Shown here piece by piece: positions 49,215 through 61,937 of a stretch of DNA of 64,000 nt. The notes under the pieces are model-generated. The model did not search any database. It was not told where the DNA came from and was given only the letters and a program-made list of their open reading frames with translations. The stretch's first letter is position 1. Each line of letters starts with the position of its first letter. A program made the position numbers and the translations under genes. This DNA comes from Mobula hypostoma (taxonomy: Eukaryota), in assembly GCF_963921235.1 (NCBI RefSeq), contig NC_086097.1, forward strand, positions 244,778,001 to 244,842,000, read 5' to 3'.

Positions 49215-50745
49215 GGGGCATGAAGAGATGATGGATGCATTGGTCACAATCTTTCAAGAATTACTTGATTTAGGCAGGTTCCCAGAGAACTAGAAGATTG
49301 CAAATGTCACTCCATTCTTCAAGAAGCGAGGAAGGCAAAAGAAACAAAATTATAGGCCAGTTAACCTAACCTCGGTGGTTGAGAAAGTGTGGGAGTCCAT
49401 TAAGGATGAGGTTTCAGGGTACTTGGAGACTATCGATAAAATAAGTCAAAGTCAGCGTGGTTTCTGGAAAGGGAAATCTTGCCTGACAAATCTGTTAGAG
49501 TTCTTCGAAGAAGTAAGAAGCAGGGTGGACAAAGGAGAGGCAGTGGATGTCATTTACTTGGATTTTCAGAAGGCATTTGATAAGGTGCCACACATGGGGC
49601 TGCTTAACAAGATAAAATCCTATGGCATTACAGGAAAGATACTGGCACGGATAGAGGAGTGGCTGACAGGCAGGAGACAGCGAATGGGAATAGAAGGGGC
49701 TTTTTCTGGTTGGCTGCCACTGACTGTGATGTTCCTTGGGTCAGTATTGGGACTGCTACTTTTCACATTGTTTGTCAGTGATTTGGATAATGGAATTGAT
49801 GGTTTTGTGGCAAAGTTTGTGGATGATATGAAGATAGGTGGAGAGGTAGGTACTGCTGAGGAAGCAATGTGATTGCAGCAGGACTTGGACAAACTGGAAG
49901 AATGGGCAAAAAAGTGGCAGATGGAATACAGTGTTGGGAAGTGTATGATAAGGTATTTTGGTATAGGAAACAATAGTACAGACTGTTATCTAAATAGGGA
50001 GAAGATTCAAACATCAAAGGTGCAGAGGGACTTGGGAGTCCTCATGCAAGACTCCCAGAAGGTTAATTTACAGGTTGAGTCTGTGGTAAAGAAAGCAAAT
50101 GCAGTGTTGGCACTTATGTCAAGGGGAATAAAATATAAAAGCAAGGAAATAATGCTGAGACTTTATAAGACACCAGTCAGGCCGCACTTGGAAGTATTGT
50201 CAATAGTTTTGAGCCCCATATCTCAGAAAGGATGTGTTGTCATTGGAGAGAGTCCAGAGGAGGTTCACAAGGATTATTCTGGAAATGAAGGTGTTAATAT
50301 AAGAGGAGAGTTTGGCAGCTTTGGGTCTGTACTCACTGGCATTTAGAAGAATGTATGGGGAGCTCATTGAAACTTACTGAACGTTGAAGAGACTAGATAG
50401 GGTGGATGTGGAGAGGATGTTTCCTGTGGTCAGGGAATCCAGAACAAGAGGGCACAGCTTCAAAATTTAGGGGCAACCTTTTAGAACTGAAGCAAGGAGG
50501 AATTTTTTTAGCCAGAGAGTAGTGAATCAGTGGAACGCTGTGCTGCAGACTGCGGTGGAAGCAGAGTCTGTGGGTATGTTTAGGCGGAAGTTGATAGTTT
50601 CCTGATCAGTCCGGGCATCAAAGAGTATGGTGAGAAGGCAGGTGTATGGGGTTGAGTGGCATCCAGGATCAGCCATGATGGAATGGCAGAGCAGACTCAA
50701 TGGGCTGAATGGCCTAATTCTGCTCCTATGTCTTATGGTGTTATG
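49215..50745 (+). mobile_element. CR1 family B RT and 3' end
   Basis: ORFs 49375-49872 and 49873-50346 (YLDFQKAFDKVPH, KFVDD, RPHLE); tcttatggtgttatgg tail. Confidence 0.9.
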
Positions 50746-51323
50746 GTGTCATTAACCAATTTCCCCTAGGATCAGTAAAGTATGACTATGACTATGTCTT
50801 AAGTGTGCGAAGTTACCATAACGAGACAGAAATTTCTTTGGAAGCTGAAAGGTCTGAAGGTAGATAAGTCACCTGGACCATATAGTCTACACCTCAGAGT
50901 TCTAAAAGAGGTGGCTGAAGAGATTGTGGGGGTATTACTACTGATTTTAAGAATCTACTCGATTCTGGAATCATTCTGGAAGACTGGAAAATTGCAAATG
51001 TCACTCCACTCTTCAAGAAGGGAGAGAGACAGAAGAATGGAAACTATAGGCTAGTTAGTCTGACCTCAGTAGTAGGGAAGATGTTGGAGTTGATTTTTAA
51101 GTGTAGCCCCCCTCCGGTAAGCCTCAGGCTCGCTCAACTCGCTGTCTAGGGAAAACAGCCCTGGCTCCGCCAAACTGGGTAATTAAGTTTGTGTGGATGC
51201 TGTGTGATTGTACCCCACCCTGCCAAATAACGGACAAAACACCATATACGATTAATTGATTACAATTTATAGATAGTTCCCTTTAAAAGGTCTGAAAATG
51301 TGATGTTTAATTTTTCTGAGTAG

Positions 51324-51491
51324 AACCTACTGGAGCCTTCGGAACCATTTTCCTGCTGAAGCTGATGCATTATACAACTCCCTGGAACCGTCCTATCAGA
51401 AAGGATTTCAGGCCCACCTGAAGAGTTCCACGAGCGCAGCTTCTCTTCCTCACTCAGATCGGTCATCTTCCAGCTCACAAGAAAGCCTTAA
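51324..51491 (+). CDS. CLASP2: CLASP2 exon (168 nt): TYWSLRNHFPAEADALYNSLEPSYQKGFQAHLKSSTSAASLPHSDRSSSSSQESL(N), TOG2 end
   Basis: gagtag/gtatga boundaries; LYNSLEPSYQK and SDRSSSSSQESLN are CLASP2 motifs. Confidence 0.95.
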
Positions 51492-54400
51492 GTATGACAA
51501 GACTATTTTAAATAATATTTACTTAAAGTTAAGTCACTGCATAGCACTGTATTTTTATACTGTTTCAGATTTCCCTCCTTACTGATTAAGTTGACTGAAA
51601 TAAGTCATGGACAATGAATATTGAAAGTTTTACATTACAACTTGTATAGTGCATCGACTCAACTTGTATTTTATAGGGTAATGGGAAAGATCTGTAGCCT
51701 CAAAATAAAAATGATTTAGAGGGATCATTTAGGGGTTTTAATGTTCATGCAAGTGCATTATAAGTTGGGTTGTTTAGTGGAAACTGATATGATACAGGGA
51801 TTATCATCTATATCTTAGCTTCTAGTTTTTAGCACCATTAAATTATAACTTTTTCATACTTCAATCATTTTTATTAGCTAATTTTCTTTTATTTCATGTA
51901 TAATTATTATGTCTCCACGTTTTAAGTTTAACACTTAATACATTTTTATTAGGACAATATATCTTTTGAACAGACATAAATTCACATATGAGAATTTTTG
52001 CATATCTATTTCCTCTTCAGTTTGAAAAAAATGTAATCAAAATTAAATTCATTAACTTTACAAGCACAATGTAATTGAAGGATTGAAATAAAGCTTTGAA
52101 GCATGTTTGCATCTCTGAGCCGGAAGAAAAAATTGGATTAGTGTCATAATCATGCAGTTATACAGCATGGAAACAGACCCTTTAACCAACTTGTCCATGC
52201 CTTCCTGAGCTAGTCCCGATTCCCTGCATTTGGCTTGTATTCCTTTACAACTTTCCCATGCATGTCTCTTCCAAATGTTTCTCTGGAGTGGAGGAGGCTG
52301 AGTGACCAGACAGAAGTTTATAAAACATTGAGAGGCATAAGTTCTCAACCAATATCTTTCCCCTGGGTCAAAATGTCTAATACTAGAGGCTTTCCCCCTT
52401 CATTTAAGATGAGAGGAAGAGTTCAAAGAAAATATGTGGGATATTTGTTTTTACGTAGAGAGTGGTGGCTCCCTGTTAGGCACTGCTAGGGGTGGTGCCG
52501 GAGACAAATACAATTGAGGCATTTAAGACACTCTTTGATAGGCATTGGAGGGATATGGACCATGTGCAAACCAAAGAAATTGGATTTAATTAGTTTAGTT
52601 AGTTCAGCTCAGTACCATGGTGCAAAGGACCTGTTCCTTGTTGTAAAGTTCTGTGTTCTTTTAAATGTTCTGATTGTATCTGCTTCTGCTACTTCTGGTA
52701 GCTTGTTCATGTATCACCATCCTCTGTGTAGAAAAACTTATCCATCAGGTCTACCTATGCCTTTTGGTTTAGACAGCCTACCCTTGTAACAATCCACCTT
52801 AGCTATGCCCCTCCTGAGAGAATTAATTTCGAGGTTTTACCTCTCAATATATTGGAAGCAGAAGACAATATTACAAGAAGTTGGTTAACATTAGAGAGAC
52901 AATTATAATCTTAAAAGTCTTGTTTGAACTCATTTTCGCTGTATTGGTGCATGACAAATTGTACTATGCAATGACAATAAAGATATTTCATTTCATTTCG
53001 AAATGTGCACTATTTACTATATTGGGATTGGTAATAGAGTAGGATTGGAATACATTAACTGTACTTGCTGGACAACTGGATAAAATCAGAAAATGTAACT
53101 GATCAGCCAATATTAATTAACCTTTTATCAGGCCAAGACAAAGTTTATTTATCGCTGAAATATGTTGTGAAATTTGATGATTTGCGGCAGCAGTACATAA
53201 AAAATTACTATAAATTACAAACGAGTCTATAAAAAATATATAGTGCAAAAAGAGCGCAAAATAGTTAGGTATTCATGGACCACTCAGAAATCTGTTGGTG
53301 GAGGGAAAGAAACTGTTCTTAAAATGGTTAATGTGTCTCCAAGCTCCTGCACCATCTTATTGATGGTAGTAATGGGTGGTGAGGGTCCTTAATGATGGAT
53401 GCTGCCTTTTGAGGCATAGTGTTTTGAAGATGTCCTCAGTGATAAGAAGCTAGTGCCCACGAGGGAGTTGACTTGGATTTAGAGCGTTCTCCCTGGTACA
53501 TCTGTAGAGATATGCTAGAATTTTTGGTGACATACCAGCATTCATCAATATCCTAATGAGATATAGGTGTTGGCATGCCTTCTTTGTGATTGCATCAATA
53601 TGTTGGACCCAGGATAGATGTTCAGATATGTTGACACCCAGAAACTTGAAACCTTTACACTGCAGACCTCTGGATGAAAACAGTTGTGTTTCTTCTTCCT
53701 GAAGTTCAAAGATCAAACCAATTTTTAACTGGCAGAGGAGCAGGAATTGTGGAGAGGAAAAGGGGAATGATTATGATTTGAACTCGACACATCATACTAT
53801 GCAAAAGCTCATGGTATCAGCATAGAGGGAATGTTAAAGCTGATTTTATCAAAGTTGATCTGTTTGAAGGGAATCTAAATAGAAGACGTATAAGGACAGA
53901 GGAGAAAGTGAAAAATAAACATTGTTAGAATAAAAGTTTCCTTTGTTACAGATATTAAAGGTCACTAATTTCAGCAGTTCTTTCTCCACCATCACTTTAC
54001 TCTTGCATTGTTTCTTTGCCCAGTCTTACCCCTGGATATGTTTCAACTGTCCATTCTGACCTTTATCCCTCTGATTCTGAATGAACCATCTCCAGTAGGT
54101 ATATCAACTTTCCCATCCTATATGCCTATCTTGATGAATTCTGAGCCTGGAATGATGTTGAACTCTTATTTTGCCACCTTTGCCTTTGTGCTTGGGTCTG
54201 TGGCCATGTCTTTCCCCCTGGATTTTTCCCTTTACCCTTTTACTCTCTCTAGATCTCTTCTGCTGATATGACATTGATCATATCCATGCTCCTCATAATT
54301 TTGTATATCTCAATGAGATTCCTCCTCAGCTCCTTCACTCGAAAGAGAATTTGTCCAATCTAGTTTCTCCATGTGGCTGGAATGCTCCTTCCATACAGCA

Positions 54401-56574
54401 ATTCTCCTCTTCAGTACGGTCAAATCCTTCATATAGCATAGCAAGCAGAACTGCACACAATAATCTAGATGTGACCTAAACAATGTTTTATGTAGTTGCA
54501 CCATAACCTCTTGCTGTTAGGCTCTATACCCTGGCTAATAAAGAAAATAATCCTGTATGCCTTCTGAGTCATCATATTCAGATGTGTTGCCACCATTAGG
54601 GGTTCTTGGAGATGCATCTCGAGATACCACTAAAAGTCTACCTTTCATTGTGCGTGTCTTAGCTTTATTAGTCCTTGCTAATGCACCACCTCACCTTTTT
54701 TTGGTATTAAATTCCATTTGCTTTTGCTATGCCACTCTTATCAATCCAACAATAGATTCAAGTAGCCAAACGCTCCTCACTCTTCAAAAGCACAACCAGT
54801 CCTAGGGTCATTTGCAAACTTACTCTTCCGTGACATATAGATAGATAAATTGAAAAGACCATTGATCATTGTGAAACACAGCTGTTCGCAGACGGTTGCA
54901 AAAGCAGCTCTGAACCCAATCACCCACTGCCTCCTCTCTCAAGCTACTGTAGGTCCAATTTGCCATGGGACCTGACCTATTAGATCAATCTCCCACATGT
55001 TCTTGTCAAATGTCTTCTTGAAATCCATACAGACTATATAACTGCACTACCCTGATCTACCAGCTTAATTTATCTTCAAAAAAATTCAATCAAAGTGATC
55101 TGACTTCCACTAAACAAAACCATCATTTATTTATTCCTGTCTCTTCAAGTGTCCATCAGAGCTTTTTCCAATTATCTCCCTTGCTATTGATTTTAGACCT
55201 GGCAGCATGTAATCACCTTGCTTATTTCTCTTGCAGGTATCACATCTGCTGTCCTGCAATCATCCAGTAGTCCTCCAAGGCCAGCAAAGTGCTGCCGGAT
55301 GACTGAAGGCCAGCAAATTTTAAATATTTACCTCAGCAATCTTTTCCTTTGCATTCCAGAGCAGTCAGAGATGTACCTCATTGGACCTTAGATATTTATC
55401 TATCCATTTCAATCCTGCTGCAGAAGTCCTTCTGTAGCCTCTGTGCTTCCTCAAATCTACCTGCCCCTCCACCTATCTTCGTATTATCAACAAACTTGGC
55501 CACAAAGCCATTAATTCTGTCATCCAAATCATTGAATAATGATGTAAAAAGAATCTGTCCCAACACAGACTCCTGTGGGACACTACAAGTCACTGGCAAG
55601 CAGAAAAAGGCTCCCTTTATTCCCACTCTTTGCCTCCCACCAATCAGCCAGTGCTTTATCCTAACCCTTCTTTTGTTGGTCTCTTGCCCCTAAAATGCTT
55701 TGGAAGATGGGGAGGATTTAGAAAGGAGCAAGTTTAAAAGCCAAAGAGAAGTGCCACAGGAACAGAATTACTCCAATAGGTGTCATAAGGGAAAAATAGC
55801 AAGTTCAGAAAATTAATATGAATATGCAACAATTAATAGGAGAGAATAAGATTTCCTCTAAAAGTCACATTCTACCAGTCTGGAAGCAAAATATTCCAGG
55901 ATTTTTGACTATTAGAAGGAATGAGCAAAATAGAAATGGCAGAGGATGCCTTTTCATTATAAGGAATGTGATAAGGTTAACAGTAAAAAGAAACTATCTC
56001 TGATCAAAAAGAGAGCAGAAAGTGGTAGCTAGCTAACTCTACCTATTCCTTAGTTTTCCAGAATTCCCAGGCATCCTGTGACCAGATTTTGCAGACCCTT
56101 GATGCTGCAAAACATACCTCACTTCGCTTAAACAGCTCCCCAGGCCTGAGACCATTCTCCCTTCATACTAAATCGCAAGATACTTTTCCCTAGTAATTTC
56201 ACAATTTTACACTTTATTCTTCTTTGAATCCTAGGACTTAAAGATGTTGGTTGTTCCAGTAGTCACCACCCCAGAAAATTGAAAGACACCAATTTGTGAC
56301 TTTTTCTACAAGAAATGAATTACCACAGAATTCAATCCTTATAATATCAATACCTTACTCAGCTACGATCTCCACAGTTCAGTGAAAGCAATCATCAGCA
56401 CAGGGTGCTGGAAGCTAAATGTTGGTGATGGAAACTCTGAACCAACCCCGTAGCTTATCTAATGGTTTTAAAACATTTAATAGGATGATACATTGTGCAA
56501 TAATTAGGCATACAGATTGTGTTTGTTTGTGTTAACCTCTAGTAGTTAACATGATGTATTTTGTTTCTTTCCAG

Positions 56575-56624
56575 CCGTGCCTTTCCAGCTAAGTGGTCTG
56601 TTGCAAGTGGGAGTACGTCAAAAG
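56575..56624 (+). CDS. CLASP2: CLASP2 small exon (50 nt): RAFPAKWSVASGSTSK(G)
   Basis: ttgtttctttccag acceptor, gttagt donor; phase 2 to 1 exactly bridges the flanking exons; resembles CLASP2 'RPFSSKWS'. Confidence 0.85.
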
Positions 56625-56754
56625 GTTAGTATTTTATAATGAGATGTTTAGAACTTCATCACATACATGAATGAGTATATAATTGATTCATATTTTGAAC
56701 AATCAAGTGACAGATAATTTTTCCAAAGCATGAGGAAAGCACAAGATTATAGAA

Positions 56755-57240
56755 AAACAACAGGAATTCTGCAGATGCTGGAAATTCAAGCAACATACAT
56801 CAAAGTTGCTGGTGAACGCAGCAGGCCAGGCAGCATCTATAGGAAGAGGCGCAGTCGACGTTTCAGGCCGAGACCCTTCATCAGGACTAACTGAAGGAAG
56901 AGCTAGTAAGAGATTTGAAAGTGGGAGGGGGAGGGGGGGATCCAAAATGATAGGATAAGACAGGATGGAGCCAAGAGCTGGATAGATGATTGGCAAAAGG
57001 GATATGAGAGGATCATGGGACAGGAGGCCCAGGGAGAAGGAAAAGGGGGAGGGGGAAAAAAACCCAGAGGATGGGCAAGGGGTATAGTCAGAGGGACAGA
57101 GGGAGAAAAAGGAGAGAGAGAGAAAGAATGTGTGTATATAAATAAATAACGGATGGGGTACGAGGGGGAGGTGGGGCATTAGCAGAAGTTAGAGAAGTCA
57201 ATGTTCATGCCATCAGGTTTAGGCTATCAAGACGGAATAT
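56755..57240 (-). mobile_element. PLE 3' fragment (end of ORF plus pLTR), antisense
   Basis: Reverse complement aligns by eye with ~22395-22854; same terminus aaacaacaggaattctgcagatgctgg as at 39446. Confidence 0.88.
56853..56888 (-). ncRNA. Intact minimal hammerhead ribozyme motif, antisense to CLASP2
   Basis: Minus strand AGTC-CTGATGA-AGG(gtctcgg)CCT-GAAAC-GTC-GACT. Confidence 0.82.
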
Positions 57241-57689
57241 AAACAACAGGAAATGGTTGATGTAAGTACAACAGTATCATTTAAGAAGTACGTGAATAGG
57301 TACATGGAGGAGCAGTTCTGAGAGGGATATGGACCAAAGAAAGTAAATTGGGGCCCGCTGGCTGGGCACAATGGTTAGAATGGATTCATTGGGCTGACGA
57401 GCCTGTATCCTCGTCATATTGCTATATGATCTATGATCCAGAATTTCACAAGAAATGAAATAAGATGGTCAGCACAACTGTTATAAAATGCTCCAAGCCA
57501 GTTTAGTGATGCAAGCTCTTAACAAATGGGCTATGTGCTGTTAATGTTGGCAAATTCCAGCAATTTTGCTGCTAGTTTGCTCTGGGTTTGCAAATCACAA
57601 GCAAATGATATAATTCCAGATCCTGGTGCAAGTTAACAATAGCAGCGGTCACCTGTGTGATGTTCAGCCATGTATAAGCTAATATTCTC

Positions 57690-60600
57690 ACTGGCAGGTT
57701 TGTTAGAGCTGTGGCGGCGGGTTTAAACTAATTTGGCAGGGAGATGGGAACCAGAGTGAAGAGACTCGTGATACGACGGATGATATAAAAGAAGAGATAA
57801 CATGCATGTCAGGTTGTCAGGAAGCACAGGCAGGTGATAGAACAAAATTGTAGCTAGCAGGATAGGTATCAGTGCATTAGGGATGCAGAATTTAAAAGGG
57901 TAGCAAATACAGTACTCATTGTGTTATATCTCAATGCATAGAGTACAGTATAAGAAATAAGGTGGATGATCTTGTTGCACATTTACAGATTATCAGGTAG
58001 GATGTGTTGCCATCACTGAATCGTGACTGAAGGATGGTTGTAGTTGGGAGCTGAATGTCCAAGGTTACACATTGTATTAGAGGGATAAGAAGGTAGGCAG
58101 AGGGAGTTGGTGTTGCTCTGCTGGTAAGGAATGGCATCAATTCAGTAGAAAGATGTTGAATCCTTAGGGGTTGAGTTAAGAAACTGCAAGGGCCATGATG
58201 GCATTTATATATAGGTCTCCCAACATGTGTACATGTGTACCAACGGGAAATAGAAAAGGCGTGTCAAAAGGGCAATGTTATGAAAGTCATGTGAGATTTT
58301 AACATACAGGTCAATTGGGAAAATCAGGTTGGCAGTGGATCTCAAGAGAGTGAGTTTGTTGAATGCCTACGAGATTGCTTTTTAGAGCAGTTTTGTCATT
58401 GAACCTATTAAGGGATGAGGTATACTGGATTGAGTGTTATGTAATGAACCAGAGGCGATTAGGGAGCTTAAGGTAAAGAAACCTTTAGGAGGCACTGATC
58501 ACAATATGATTGAGTTCAACTTGAAATTTGATAGGGAAAAAGTAAAGTCTGACATAGCAGTATTTCAGTGCAGTAAAGGAAATTACAGTGGTATGAAGTA
58601 AATTGGATCGAGATGCTAGTGGGGTTGATAGCAGAGCAGCACTGGCTTGAGTTTCTGGGAGAAATGAGGAAGGTGCAAGATAGATGTATTCCAAAAACAA
58701 AGAAATACTCAAATGGCAAAAATAGTACAACCACAGCTGACAAGGGAAGTCAAAGCTAATGTAAAAGTAAAAAAGAGGGGATGCAACAAAGCAAAAATTA
58801 TCTGGAAGATAGAAAATTGGGAAGCTTTTAAATATCTACACAAAGCAACTAAAAGAGTCATTTGGAGGGAAAAGATGAAATGCAAAAGCAAGCTAGCAAA
58901 CAACATCAAGGTGGATAGAAAAAGCTTTTTAAAGTATATATTAAAAAAAGAGAGATGAGAGTAGATATAGGACTACTAGAAAATGAGGCCGGAGAAATGA
59001 TAACGGGGTCAAGGAGATGGCAGATGAACTAAATGAGTATTTTACATCAGTCTTCACTATGGAAGACACTAGCAGTATGCCAGGTGTTGAAAGGTGTGAG
59101 GGAAAAGAAGTGAGTGCAGTTACTATTACAAGGGAGAAGGTGCTCAAAGCTGCAAAACCTAAAGGTACATAAGTCACCCGGATCAGATAAACTGCACCCT
59201 AGGGTTCTGAAAGAGGTAGCGGTAAGAGATTGTGGAGGCATTAGTTATGACTTTCAAGAATCATTGGACCCTGGCATGGTTCCGGAGGACTGGAAAGTTG
59301 CAAATGTCACTCTACTCTTTAAGAAAGTGGGGTGGCAGCAAAAAGGAAATTATAAACCGGTTAGCTTGACCTTAGTAGTTGGGAAAATGTTGAGTCAATT
59401 GTTAAGGATGAGGTGATGGAGTACTTGGTGACACAGGACAAGATGGGACAAAGTCAGCATGGTTCCCTTAAGGGAAAATCTTGCCCAATGAACCTGTTGG
59501 AATTCTTTGTGGAGATTACAAGTAGGATAGATAAAGGGGATGCAGTGGATGCTGTATATTTGGATTTTTAGTAGGTCTTTGGCAAGGTGCCACGCATGAG
59601 GCTGTTTACCAAGTTAAGAGCCCATGGTATTACAGAAAAATTGTTAGCATGGTTAGAGCATTGGCTGATTAGTAGAAGGCTGCAAGTAGGAATAAAAGGA
59701 TCTATTTCTGGTTGTCTCTGCCAGTGATGATTAGTGTTCCGCAAGATTCAGTTTTATGAGTTTTATTTTATCAGTGATTTAGATGTTGGAATAGATGGCT
59801 TTGTTGCCAAGTTTGCAGATGAGATGAAGATTGGTGGAGGGGCAGGTAGTGTTGAGGAAACGGATAGGCTGCAGAAAGACTTAGGAAGATTAGGAGAATG
59901 GACAAGAAAGTGACAAGTGAAATACAATGTTGAAAAGTGCATGGTCATGCATGCATGCATGCAGAAGAAATATATGTGCAGACTATTTTCTAAGTGGGGA
60001 TAAAAACCAAAAATCTGAGAAGGACTTGGGAGTGCAGAACACCAGAAAGGTTAACTTGCGGTTTGAGGAAAGGCAAATGCCATGTTAGCATCCATTTCAA
60101 GAGGTCTCGAATACGAGAGCAGGGATGTGATTCTGAGTCTTTATAAGGCAGTGGTGAGGCCTCACCTGGAGTATTATGAACAGCTTTGGGTTTCTTTTCT
60201 CAGAAAAAAATGTGCTGGCATCGGAAAGGGATCAGAGGAGGTTGACAAGGATGATTCCAGGAATGAAAGGGTTATCATACAAGGAACGTTTGATGGCTCT
60301 GGGTCTGTACTTACTGGAATTTAGAAGAATGAGAGGGGATCTCATTGAAACCTTTTGAATGTTGATAGGCCTAGACAGAGTAGATGTGGAAAGGATGTTT
60401 CCCATGGTGGAGAAGTCTAAGACAAGAGGGCACAGCCTCAGTATAGAGGGGTGTCCATTTAAAACAGAAATTTCTTTAGCCAGAAGGAGGTGAATTTGTT
60501 AACACGAGCAGCTGTGGAGGCCAGGTTGTTGGGTGTATTTAAGCGGAGATTAATAGGTTCTTGATTGGCCACGGCATCAAAGGTTACAGGGAGAAGGCCA

Positions 60601-60705
60601 GGGAGTGGGGCTCTGGAGGGGAGAAAATGATCAACCATGACTGAATGGCAGAGCAGGCTCGATGGTCTAAATGGCCTAATTCTGCCTCTGTGTCTTATGG
60701 TATAT
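57690..60705 (+). mobile_element. Long decayed CR1 (endonuclease through 3' end)
   Basis: VPEDWKVANVT, GNYKPVSLT, aagtttgcagatga (KFADE), RPHLEY peptides; tcttatggtatatg tail. Confidence 0.88.
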
Positions 60706-61008
60706 GAATTGGAAGGAATGTGTAGGTAATCGTCATTTAACAATACCACTGGAAGATAGTTATCCATTCATAGCACTCCAGCTGTTGACTGAGCAGACTA
60801 TATGGGACATTTTTGTATTTCCTTTAATTGTTCTTCCCAGTGTGTTATGCAGTGCAGTTTACTGAATTTCTTTACAACTGAAACATTTGGAAGAGTGAAT
60901 GTGATGTGTTTTTTCTCCAAGGTTTGGAGTGATTATTGTTGAAATTAGTTATTTTTAGTAAAACATGTAATAAAAAAATGAATCAATTACTTTCCTGCTT
61001 TATTTTAG

Positions 61009-61173
61009 GTCCAAGTACAAAATCCATAGCCACTCCTGGTGGTTTGCAGCGTTCCAGAAGTGATGTAGATGTTAATGCAGCTGCAGCTGCAAAATCACGG
61101 CATACCACTGGACATTCTGGGGCGAGCCGTTTAACTACATCTAATGTACCTGCAGGTGCCTATTCCTCACTTG
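61009..61173 (+). CDS. CLASP2: CLASP2 exon (165 nt): PSTKSIATPGGLQRSRSDVDVNAAAAAKSRHTTGHSGASRLTTSNVPAGAYSSL
   Basis: tattttag/gtaaga boundaries; LQRSRSDxDVNAAA CLASP signature (ORF 60936..61187). Confidence 0.93.
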
Positions 61174-61574
61174 GTAAGATTGATTAGTTCATTCTCCACC
61201 ATACATCTTTCTCCCTTTGCAGTTCAGTGAGTTGTTCCTAATATTTATCAATGCGAATGGTTTGTTTAATATTGTACATTGTCATCTATTTCAATTGTTT
61301 TTTGTCATCTTTATCAATTGTTATATTGCTTTCCATCTCAGAACTAACAACAGGAACAGGTTCATGGGGAAGTGTGTTTGGGCTCTTGGGGAGAGCTCAG
61401 GTATTCAATCAGGGCGGGAGACTCTGAATCTTGCTGATGCGAGGGAGAAAAACACGGCTGGAAATAAAATGTGGGGGAGTAGGAGTAAGAACTCATCAGG
61501 TCAAGCAGTGTCCGTTGAAGGAAAGAAACTGTTGACATTTGACACTTGGATTCCAGTATCAGCAGTCTCTGGAG

Positions 61575-61653
61575 CAAGGGTTCCCAACCTTTTTTATGCC
61601 GTAGACCCCGACCATTAACCAAGGGATCTGTGAACCCAGCTTGGGATCCCCTG
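61575..61653. mobile_element. 79-bp hAT-type MITE
   Basis: TIRs CAAGGGTTCCCAACCT / AGCTTGGGATCCCCTG; 8-bp TSD CTCTGGAG (61567-61574) and CTTTGGAG (61654-61661). Confidence 0.8.
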
Positions 61654-61937
61654 CTTTGGAGGCTCCAATTCTGATGCTAGAATGCTGGAGGAACTCCGTA
61701 GTTCAGGCAGCATCTGTGGAGGCACAGGGATAGTTGATGCTTCAGGTTGACACTCTTAATGTGGACTGAAAGATTAGAAGGGCAATGGTCAGTGTAAAGA
61801 GATGACATGGAGGGCTGAGGCAGGAGTTAGCAAATACCAGTTGAATCCACACGAAGAGGGGTTGATGGACAGGTGGGGCAGGGAAGGTTGGAGATGGAGG
61901 CTGAAGCTGGGAAATGCTGTGGAGACATTATGAACAT

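Noticed and set aside
56703..57179. 158-aa ORF, and the similar ORFs at 22443-22963
   Set aside because: Low-complexity pyrimidine/purine-rich PLE 3' UTR read-throughs, not genes.
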